Assembly: GCF_006345805.1 (NCBI RefSeq) | Contig: NC_042998.1 | Coordinates: 34,844,001 to 34,908,000, forward strand | Direction: 5' to 3' | DNA from: Octopus sinensis | Taxonomy: Eukaryota | DNA length: 64,000 bases | Part shown: one piece after another, positions 53,196 to 64,000 of the stretch | Position numbering within the stretch: position 1 is the stretch's first letter | Layout of the letters: every line of letters starts with the position of its first letter | The notes under the pieces: model-generated | Seen by the model: the letters and a program-made list of their open reading frames with translations, nothing else | What the model was told of the DNA's origin: nothing | The model's database searches: none | Made by a program: the position numbers and the translations under genes

Positions 53196-54004
53196 AACCC
53201 ACATAATAAAAATAATAACAGGAATATTATTAACACTAACTATTCGTTGAACAATAATAACAATAATATTAATATTTCTGATATGAATTCGAATCGAATT
53301 CGTTTCCTTAGCAGTAATTCTAAGACTAAAATCTCTGTTTATCAATGTAAAATTACTTCTGGTTCTGATGTGTCTTTTTTTTTTATATATAGGTAGCTCT
53401 TCGCCTCAGTTTTCGAAATGAATATCTAACCATTATTCTACATTGAGACATATCAATAAACGCAACAATATTGGGCTTAGTAAATTAATTTGGTCCCTAA
53501 ATGAACACAATAAACAAAACGGTCTTTTTGGAAAGGAAAATTCTATCTTGATCCTTCCCATATGACAAAGGTAAATCTTTTTCCTGCTTTCTAACGAAGA
53601 GCTCTTTTTCATACTTTTCTCGAAGAATATTCTTGTAAACACCTTTAAATAACGTGTTCATCGTTGTAAACATTGGCAAAAACATAGCTTTAGTTCTTAT
53701 AAGTAATTTCTACCAATTAATAAAATTCGACCTTTAACTGTCTTCTTACATTTTATTTCCACTACATATATCTGTTTCCATGCTTTTAAACTATATTCCC
53801 ATTCATCTATCATATTATAATTTTCCGCTTAATTTTCTGTTAATTTCTTTCTTTCTCCTCCTTCTCTTCCTCTAAATTAACATTGACGTTAAATCTATTT
53901 ACGGTTTTTTTAAAAAATAACTTGCTAGAGTTCTCCTTACAACACATACTTATGTACCCGGTAATCATATCCGGTTAAATATGTTTATTGTGTTTCCCTC
54001 CTTT

Positions 54005-54091
54005 TTTCCCTGACGAAATTATTGCATTGTTTTACATCATTTTTATCCCCTCCAGAGTAATCTCAATGCGTTTTCGAAACATATGCTGGAA
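54005..54091 (+). ncRNA. Degenerate type-I hammerhead motif
   Basis: ttcc-CTGACGA...GCATTG..CAATGC..-GAAA-CATATG-ct-ggaa. Cleavage triplet altered. Confidence 0.5.
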
Positions 54092-54141
54092 GAAGTATAT
54101 ATAATTTGAATAACACCTGAGTTTGACTCCATTTCTTTCCT

Positions 54142-54199
<58 letters not shown>

Positions 54200-54472
54200 T
54201 ATTGTAGTTCGTTTGAAGCATTGTGTATAGTTTGTGAAATATAACGTGTTTGAATGGTACAGTAATGCTGAATAGACGGTAATAACAGTTATAATTTAAT
54301 TATAGTCAGATATAATATTTCAGAATATAAAATTTCCTTCAGATTTGGCTAGGAATTGATCGAGTTATTGCTATAAACGGTTTTCAGACCAAGAATAATT
54401 AAATTATAACAGTTATTATAGTCCACTCTGCATTGTTTTGCCATATTTCACACACACGCACGCATACACACA

Positions 54473-54533
<61 letters not shown>

Positions 54534-54552
54534 ACACAACATACATATATAT

Positions 54553-54768
54553 AATCCTTTCTTTTATGAGTACAAGGCCTGAAATTTGGGAGGAGTGGGG
54601 CTAATCGATTATAACGACCCCAGTGTTTCACTGGCATTTAATTTATCTACCCCGAAAGGATGAAAGGGAAAGTCAACCTGGGCAGAATTTGAACTCAGAA
54701 CGTAGCGGCAGAGGAAATACCGCTAAGCATTTCTGCCAGCGTTCTAACGATTCTGCCAGCTCGACCCT
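54553..54768 (-). mobile_element. SINE family A, older tail type
   Basis: Diverged full unit. Confidence 0.8.
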
Positions 54769-54853
54769 TTTATACCTATCTATCACGCTATCATAGATAT
54801 ATACATGTGTGTGTGTGTGTATGTGTATATATATATGTGTGTGTGTGTGTATA

Positions 54854-54894
<41 letters not shown>

Positions 54895-55116
54895 TGTTTC
54901 AGCTCAGAGCTGCGGCCATGCTGATGCACCGCCGTTTTGTGCTACACTGTTTTTACTAAGAGCCTCATCTAATATGTGGCACTTGGTGAAGAATGGAGTT
55001 TGATATAGGTACCCTCATTTGCACCTCTTGCCGTGAGGTAGGTTCATCTGGGACTCTCTACAGGAAGATGTCCAGCTTTGATTTAAAAACCGCTACATCT
55101 ACTTTGTGCAAGTTCC

Positions 55117-56030
55117 TCAGACTCTTTGGAAGAATATTAAAAAGCTGTTGCAGTAGCTGGTCCTGAAGCGTGATGGCATTGCTGGGATATTTGGCACTAT
55201 GCAGTGTCGTCCCGTTCTAGCATTGGTGTAGCTTACAATGCCAAAATTTGACACAATTCCTTCCAGGATCTTCCAGATATATATTACTGCATACCTCTCC
55301 CATCTTCTCTCCAGGGAGAAGAGTCTTAGCTGTTTCAACATTTCCCTGTAGCTGAGCTGTTGCAAAGAGATGATCTTCTTTATGAATCTTCTCTGGATTG
55401 CTTCAAGGTCCGCTGTTAATTTCACACTGGTGGGTGACCATAGCTGTGAGCAGTAATCCAGGCGGCGGGGGACCATCATGGTTTCCTTATCTCTGGTTCT
55501 GAATGTTCTTAGGATCCAGCCAGCCAGTCGTCTGCACTTTGTCGCCATCCTGGTAATGTGCACTTGGAAAGAGGTATCATCACTCATGTCGATACCCAGG
55601 TCCCTCACAGACTTAGGCTCTGGGATTGAAATTTCCTGTGGATCGGTGTACCCTATAAGTTTAATATTCAGTTTTGGATGCTGGTAGCACAGGGCCTGGA
55701 ATTTTTCAGCATTAAACTGCATATTATTATCCTAAGCCCATCTGTAGATTGAGTCTAACTCCTGCTGCAGGTGTGCAACATCGCTGGGGTTCTGTATTTT
55801 CTGCGAGACTTTCGTATCGTCTGCATAGCTTGCCAGAGTGGCTATCCGGGCATTTGAGGGCATATCTGAAAGGGCCACTATAAAAAGCAGTGGTCCCAAG
55901 ACAGTGCCCTGTGGAACACGGCAACTATTTGTGTGTTCATAGAGGTGGCTCCATTAACCACTACTGCCTGACTCCTATCTTTCAGGAAGTCATGTAACCA
56001 CACTCCAAGTTTTCCAGCTATGCCGAGGTA
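55117..56030 (-). mobile_element. CR1-clade LINE reverse transcriptase C-terminal half, pseudogene
   Basis: VPQGTVLGPLLF, YADDTK, MQFNAEK, VRDLGI, LDYCSQLWSP, LEAIQRRF and LFSLERR. Confidence 0.9.
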
Positions 56031-56034
56031 ATAT

Positions 56035-56082
<48 letters not shown>

Positions 56083-56125
56083 TACACACACACACACACA
56101 CACCACACACACACACACACACACA

Positions 56126-56158
<33 letters not shown>

Positions 56159-56178
56159 AATATACATATATACATATA

Positions 56179-56695
56179 CACATAATTATAATTAGGGTTC
56201 AGCTATCTGCTTCACCACATACTGAAATTAGAAAAAGGAGTTAAAAAATTAATTTTCTACTACTATAAGAATCTCCATGACGGTAAACATACTTTTTTTA
56301 CGAAGGCAAAGAGAAAAACAATGAATCAACACGACCAGGATTAATTATATACGCGTTTCGAGATTAAAGTAAATTAAGTTTTACTTCTTTCTTCAGCATA
56401 ATATTATACTGAGGAAAGAAGTAAGTAAAATTTAAATTACTTTAATCTCGAAACGCGTATATAATTAATCCTGGTCGTGTTGATTCATTGTTTTTCTCTT
56501 TGCCTTCGTAAAAAAATGTGTTTACCAAACTCCTTTTTCTAATTTCAGTATGTGGTGAAGCAGTTAGCTAAACCCAATTATAATTATGTGGATAATTTTA
56601 CCTATAAAATTTATTTTATCGTACCGATCTACTTCGTAAAATTGTTAATTAATTGATTATTTAATTAATTTTATTAATAAATTTTACCCTTCTAT
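56179..56695. mobile_element. Palindrome with back-to-back hammerheads (56344-56402 minus, 56403-56465 plus)
   Basis: attata-CTGAGGA...TCTC-GAAA-CGCG-TA-tataat and its inverted copy with CTGAAGA. Same family as 19.0-19.7 kb. Confidence 0.78.
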
Positions 56696-56709
56696 TATAT
56701 ATATTTATA

Positions 56710-56749
<40 letters not shown>

Positions 56750-56903
56750 ATGATATTAGAATTTTCTTATTGTTAAATAAAATTTCATCAAACTGTTTCG
56801 TCATTTGTGACTTTGTACATTCCTTATCGTACCATATATTCTATGTGTTGTAGAATGATACATAAAGAAGCTTTTTTTATGAATACTGCCGGATTACTTG
56901 AAT

Positions 56904-56947
<44 letters not shown>

Positions 56948-57387
56948 CATACACACACACAAACACAAACACTCACACACGCATATACATATAGATATAT
57001 CAATAATACAGTGATTGTTTCTTATCAGGAACAAAATATCTAATAGGACTGCTATTTATATTTTTACGTATTTATTATTCTAGGTGTTGTAATGTTTAAA
57101 AAATATATATATTTCTTAATCGCTAAAGTATCAATCTTTAACTTTTAACCGCGATGAACTGTATTCACACATTTTTCTTGTGTTTTCTTATATGCTTGTA
57201 CTGATGAGTTGTGTTTCATCTTCCGTGATGTTATACATGTATATTCTATGTGAAAGAAAAAGCATTATGTGATTAAATGTTCGAGATATGAAATGTTACG
57301 TGGATGACCTTGTATTTGTTTGTTCTGCAACCATAGTTTAACATATAGATATATACATATATATGTGTGTGCGTGTAGGCATATATA

Positions 57388-57418
<31 letters not shown>

Positions 57419-58102
57419 ATGTATGTATGTATGTATGTATACGTTTGTGTGTGTATACATATATTTATGAGTATATGCATATGTGTATATGGTTCTATTT
57501 ATTTCTGTCAACGTTCCGCCTAATTTATATTTTCAAGCACATATCTGAGAATATGCTGACAAGGAAATACATATACACATAGGCACACGTTACCCCACAA
57601 CCATAAAAAGCTAAACACGAAACACCTAGGGAGAGAATGAATAAGAACATGGCAGAAAATTTATTGAAAAGGCTGCAGATGTATCGTGAACGTTTTTGGC
57701 AAAACAAACTAATTAATAAACTAAAGGAACCTATAGCCAGTGCATGTATTCTATGAGTAGAGTGATTGCCCCAAAACATTACAACTTTTTGTGTATATGT
57801 GTATCTGTTTTATGAGGTTCTACACGAATTTCGTATGATATGACAAAGTAATTCCCTTTCTTATAGTAAAACTTATAAGCATGCCACTCCTTGCCACGAA
57901 CCTATAGCAAGGAACGATATGAAACAAAACAAAAGATAGGATCCAGTTTTGCAGAAATAAATTAGTTTTCTGTGTACTTGCTTTATAAAGTTGCCAATCA
58001 GTTCTAATTCTACACATTCATTTTTGAAAACCTAACATTTCAAGCCTCCTTAAACCGTAACAATGATAACATATGTACATGTAAAAAACATTATCTGGCA
58101 TA

Positions 58103-58154
<52 letters not shown>

Positions 58155-58526
58155 CTGGAAATGAGGAGTAGATAGACAGCTGACAAGTGATGAAGGTCGC
58201 TCTCTGTGTTACTTGTCCTGTTTTAAAGTGCTGTTTGATTTTTTTTTTCACTGTTTTGTATCCTTTTATAACAAAATTCTACAATTAGCCGGGGCCAGCT
58301 AATACACACGAACACACATATGCACGCATATACACACACGCGCACCGAAACACACGCGCACCGAAACACACGCGCACCGAAACACACACGCACATACACA
58401 CACACGCACCCGCATACACACGTTCGCACGCACACACACACGCACACATACATACACACACAAACACACGCACATACATATATGTGCACACACATATGTG
58501 CATGATATGTATTTAATATTCACGTA

Positions 58527-58557
<31 letters not shown>

Positions 58558-58561
58558 TGCA

Positions 58562-58731
58562 GACGTGGCTGTGGGGTAAGAAGCTTGCTTACCAACCACA
58601 TGGTCCCGGTTTCAGTTCCACTGCGAGGCACCTTGGGCAAGTGTCTTCTACTATAGCCTCGGGCTGACCAAAGCCTTGTGAGTGGATTTGGTAGACAGAA
58701 ACTGAAAGAAGCCCGTCATATATATACATAC

Positions 58732-58778
<47 letters not shown>

Positions 58779-58952
58779 TACCCTGTACCATCACTTGACA
58801 ACCGATGTTGGTGTGCTTACTTTCCGTAATATAACGGTTCGACAAAAGAGACCGATAGAATAAGTACTAGGCTTACAAAGAATAAGTCCTGGGGTCGATT
58901 TGTTCGACCAAATGCAATGCTCCAGCATGGCCGCAGTCCAAAGACTGAAACT
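58562..58952 (+). mobile_element. SINE family B
   Basis: Near full-length match to 12284-12686. Confidence 0.85.
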
Positions 58953-60615
58953 AATATAAGAATATGTATGTGTACGTTTGTATACACGTATAAATGCGTC
59001 AAAAGTATAAATAACAGGAAGACAAGGTAAGAAATAAGAACAGGAAATGGGAGAAATTAGAAGGAAAATGCTTCTAGTTTTCGGGCAAACGCTCGTCTGA
59101 AAGCATAAACGTGGACAGAATAGATGGAGAAAGTGAAGAACACACACATGTGTCTATCGAAAGGTTACGGCATGCTGAGGTGACAGAAGAGGTATAGGAG
59201 TCACCTTAGGCGCCACGGGACAACTGTGAGCCGAGCATGCGCGTATGTGGATGCGCGAATGTGAGTTTGAAGTTTTTGGGTGTGTGTGTGTGTGTGTGCC
59301 GTGGGTTTGTGTATGAGCGCATGTGTATAAGCCTGGGAGATCTTATTTATTTTGTTAATATGTGTGTATAGGAGGCTGTCTGTGTGTGTGTGTGTGTGTG
59401 CGTGTGTGCGTGTGTGCGTGTGTGCAAGTGTGTGGGTAGTGGGGTGAAAAGGGAAGAGAGAAATGTGCATTGATAGAATGATTGAAGGATGCAGAAGTAC
59501 GCGACCTGCCAACGTATTTGGCCGTGTATATGCAGTGAGAGACAAAGCAAGAGCGATAAGGAAATTAAGTTTGAAACCCTTCCACTATTTGATATTTTAT
59601 CTTGTTTCCAGACATTAACGATAATGCTGCATCCAAAACACGCGTCTTTATTTAAATCAAATCTTACTGCCTCAGCTGTATTTGTATTCAAACATGTCTA
59701 TATGATACATGCAGTTAGTCTTTGTTGCAAATGTCATTCACTTCGGGCGAAAGATTGAGAAGACTGTCGAAAAGAAAAATCTTCGTATATTAAATATATC
59801 CAGTTCTTATTCTGTATACAATTGTTAGAAATCATCTTTGCTCGTCACGATATTTCTGAAAGGAAATCGGCAGATGCGAAGTTTGATATTTTGATATCGT
59901 TATATTTGTTATTATATTGAAGTTCCATTTTCTTCTTCGAAATGTTCGAAATACAATGAAAAATAGGTATGGAAATGGCAAGGCAGGGGACGATATGCCT
60001 GAGCAGAATTGTTAACTTTGGGTTTGGAGATAATTCAAAGAATGTTTAGCGTTTAAAGATGACATGGTTGGAAGATCCAGTATCATAGCTACGCTTATCG
60101 ACAAATATCATGTTAGTGTTAGAATATCAATCGAACAATTGAGATATAATAAATCAGTTGTGACACACACACACACACACATATATGTGGGTATATGTAA
60201 TAAATGGGTTACATAAATGTGATACATATATGTGGGTATATGTAATAAATGGGTTGTGATATATGTGTGTGTCTAATATGAGACAAAAATCTGTTGCGTT
60301 GTAAAATTATTGATTTTTGCAATAATTGTGGACGAAGGACTTTATAAAGGGTGCATAGATAATGGAGTAAGAGTAACCGGTCGAAGACAAGATCGACATT
60401 TCATATTGTGTCAGTGAAGCTCAACTGTTTCCTCGTGATACAATTTATCATGAAATACTGCCCTCCATTTACCTCCACATGAAACAGAGCAAAAATCCTG
60501 CTCATCATTAGCAGTGAAATGCATACTTATAATATATTTGAAACGCTGAAGAAAAACGGAACCCTCTATAGTGTATCATCAATATAATTGAACGTGAAAT
60601 GTGTGTGTGTGTGTG

Positions 60616-60648
<33 letters not shown>

Positions 60649-61737
60649 TGTGTACACATATATATAGTAAGGTAGATGCTGATTAACCTAGACTAAACTA
60701 TGTTCTCTGAGCCCATTCATCCTCATAATCAAGTGGACCGTTTCTATTATTGGAGCATGTAATATATATAGTTTTTTTAAATATTGCTGTGTCTTGGGAG
60801 GACCATGACATCAATAATAATAAACACATACACTGATTCAATATTATTTATTATTAGCCAATCAGATATATACCTAACCAACTAACGTGTCAATCGTTTG
60901 TTTAATGTTCTGGTTAAGCAATCAACCGCTTATTTGGTTATCAAAGTCCTTTCATCGCTATTCAGTCTCGTTAATGACAATCATGCTCTTTTTACAGTCT
61001 GCTTTGAGCCTGTCTCCAAAGACACAAGATTTGTTTCAATATATGAATTCACAACAAGATTCTTGGAAACAACAACGAAGAAAAGCTATTTAAAAATTAT
61101 TTCGTACAATTCCGATGTTTCTTAGAAACTAGAAGCAATTTTAATGACGATACAAGAAATACCATTCAAATATAGACCCGAAAATAAAGGTCTAATATTG
61201 ATTTAATAATGTTTGAAAATCGAAAAACAAGATGTTAAATATGTTTAACATATTTTCATCAGTGATATTAATATACAGAAGTTATTTTACATTTGAAGCA
61301 AGCAATTTTAAGAAAACTATTTAAAAAGTATATACTGTGAACAAGGTCAAGTGACTGCCATCTCTAGCTGACGGTTGTCCTGTACCGAGGAAAGGAAATA
61401 ACCCAGAAATCATTGGTCTATAGGTATCGCTAAGGCTAGAAAGGGAGCAATAAACTCCCTTGCTCCCAGTATACGGATACAGACCATGTGTCGGTAGCCA
61501 GCTGGAAAAGATGCCTTCGTGGGGCTAAAAAGTAGTAACATCGTTCTGCGTAAGACTACCGCATTGTGTTGGCAAATATACTTTATTGCACGGTACAGTT
61601 ACTTCATATTTCTCGCTTAGAAACTTAAAACTAGTTAATTTTGCTACAACTATGAAATCATTTCTTGGCATTCAAATAAAAAATAAAACCTAGACTAAAC
61701 TATGTTCTCCGAGTCTATTTCAATAATCAAGGACTGG

Positions 61738-61800
<63 letters not shown>

Positions 61801-62039
61801 TACGCACATATTAGAACACTGATATGCATTATAAGAGTGGTAAATTATGAACATCACAATTATCACTCCGAGCATCCTAAAACAGCTGGCAAGTTAAGAA
61901 ATTATTCTGCACTTTTCATGCTCTATGTAGATACACGGGTATGTATACATACATATACATGTGTATGTATATGTATATGTATATACATATATATGTAGAT
62001 GTATATGTACATGTATATATATATATATGTGTGTGTGGG

Positions 62040-62355
62040 ACTGTTTGTAAAACCGCATAACTTCCGAAGTTCGCAACTGATTTTCTCTAAACTGGGAACT
62101 TACATTACTTATGTTCCAGAGATGGTTTAAGACACTTAAACTGTTTCACATAATGAGTAACGGGACCTCTGGGAGCACAAATCCCACTTTCATCTTTCTA
62201 GTTTGAGATGCGGCTCAGTCGTGCCTTCTTCGGTCGTAGAGATGAAGGGCTCTTCCATTGTGACAACTGCTGCTTCGTATCAGGGTGGCACCTGTAGACC
62301 CGTCTTTCGTCATCAGTGATGATCTGCTACATGAAGGATGGCTCATCAGCGGCTC
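62040..62355 (-). pseudogene. Mariner transposase fragment
   Basis: IITDDERRVYRCHPDTKQQLSQWKSPSSLRPKKAR matches IITGDETW..YDPETKQQS.QW...PRPKK. Confidence 0.7.
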
Positions 62356-62519
62356 GCTGACAGAGATAGAGATAGATAGAGAGAGAGAGAGAGAGAAAGA
62401 AAGAAAGAGAGAGAAAGAGAAAGAAGGTGAGAAAGAGAAACTTTAATACGAATAAATATGATTGGGCTTGGGCATGATGCATAAAATATACATACATGCG
62501 AATACACATATAAATATAT

Positions 62520-62569
<50 letters not shown>

Positions 62570-62570
<1 letters not shown>

Positions 62571-62907
62571 CTGAAAGTAAAAATACTCTTCAGATGAGCA
62601 TTGGTGTATGAGTCAAAAGATATTTATATATTTAGAGAACAAATTTATATGGCGTACAAATAACACAGAAAATTAAGGAGAAAGTGGATGGTATTTCAGG
62701 TGTGATAGCAGTTTCTGGGGGGACTCGGAATTACGTAATAGTTGTAATGTCGGCAGATAGTGTGTGGAAAAAGTCAAAAAGTGAAATACCATGCCACCCA
62801 ACTCCCATAAGAGTTCCCCACTTTTTGTACTCCTTATAAATCTATTCTCTAAATATCTAAATATCTTTTTGCGTGTATACGAATGTTCACCTTCCGAATA
62901 TTTTCAG
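62570..62907. repeat. Diverged inverted repeat
   Basis: ~62570-62697 is the reverse complement of ~62783-62907. Confidence 0.6.
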
Positions 62908-62935
62908 TTTTTGCTTCTCTCTCTCTGTCTCTCTG

Positions 62936-62980
<45 letters not shown>

Positions 62981-63170
62981 CCCTATATTCATTTACGGGT
63001 ATATATGTATGTGTATTTCATATGTGTGTTTTGCATCACTATCTCCACACCATCTCACCTGGATTCCTCTTATAGATATTCTTTACCCCACGGACTTAGG
63101 TGTAAGTTCAAATACTTTCACTATTACAATGTGTTTTCTATATTGAGCATCTCTGGATCACAACTATTGG

Positions 63171-63260
<90 letters not shown>

Positions 63261-63293
63261 CTGTGTGCACGCGCGCACGTGTGTGTGTGTGTA

Positions 63294-63950
63294 CAGGGTG
63301 CGTAAGGTATTTGAGGACATGCCTTTTTGGGGTCATTGCTGCATATTTTGCTAACTCTGTATAATCTTAGTTTCAGAAAATAATAATGGCAGACCCTCAG
63401 CTTACTCAAGAAATGAAGAGGCGTGCTGTTATTATAGTTATAAAAGCTGAGCATAGCAATTTAGAAATATCTCGATTTTTAAAAGTTTCATAACTCTGCT
63501 GCCTGCATTGAGGTCCAGGAAACCATTGTTAAGCCTTGGATAGACAGTGTATGTAATGGAAGGCAATATGTGTTTCAGTAAGACTCTGCACTATCACACG
63601 TGGCTCTAGTATCACAGGAGTGGATGGCTGAAAATTTTCATGATCACATAACCCCTAACATTTGGCCTCCTATTTCCCCAGATCTCAATCCATTGGACTA
63701 TTACAAGTGGAGCGTTGTTGAGAGAGAGGTCAACGAACACACCCATATACCAAAAATTCTTTGAAAGCTGCCATAGTCAGAGTAATGTCCAAAGCGAACA
63801 AGGACCACTTGATTCGAATATGTAGATGATTTAGATCTCATATAGAAGCAGTTGTTGAAGCTGAAGGTGGCTTTATTGAATAACATTATAGAAAAGAAGG
63901 TTTATTTTTATCCTCATAGCATTTTTTGATAAATAAGTTATTATCTGTTA
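63294..63950 (+). mobile_element. Internally deleted DD37D/maT-like transposon
   Basis: TA-cagggtg start, YVFQ*DSALSH and IWPPISPDLNPLDYY. Confidence 0.8.
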
Positions 63951-63960
63951 ATATATATAC

Positions 63961-64000
63961 TCTCTTTACTCTTTTACTTGTTTCAGTCATTTGACTGCGG
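63961..64000 (-). mobile_element. SINE family B 3' end, cut by the window edge
   Basis: ctcttttacttgtttcagtcatttgactgcgg as at ~12297-12328. Confidence 0.8.

Noticed and set aside
57198-57230. CTGATGAG motif
   Set aside because: No correctly placed GAAA, stem III or stem I.

Overview
AT-rich, repeat-saturated eukaryotic DNA, intergenic or intronic. The SINE families and microsatellites look like an octopus/cephalopod genome; this is an inference. No host protein-coding gene could be supported, and most of the ORF track is microsatellite artefact. Content: three tRNA-headed SINE families (one forming ~184-bp tandem arrays), decayed Tc1/mariner elements (DD34D, DD34E, DD37D-type), CR1-clade and R4/Dong-clade LINE remnants, a probable Gypsy 3' end, and Penelope-like GIY-YIG fragments. 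Two signals go beyond routine annotation. (1) About 15 minimal type-I hammerhead-ribozyme motifs from several sequence families, many sitting as inverted pairs in 250-550 bp palindromes; one palindrome carries a tRNA-like Pol III head, giving a candidate hammerhead-bearing, Penelope-mobilised SINE. (2) The main SINE family appears to insert preferentially at an ATACC|G site inside its own head hairpin, which would explain its headless tandem arrays. All folding and alignments were done by eye, and coordinates may be off by a few bases.
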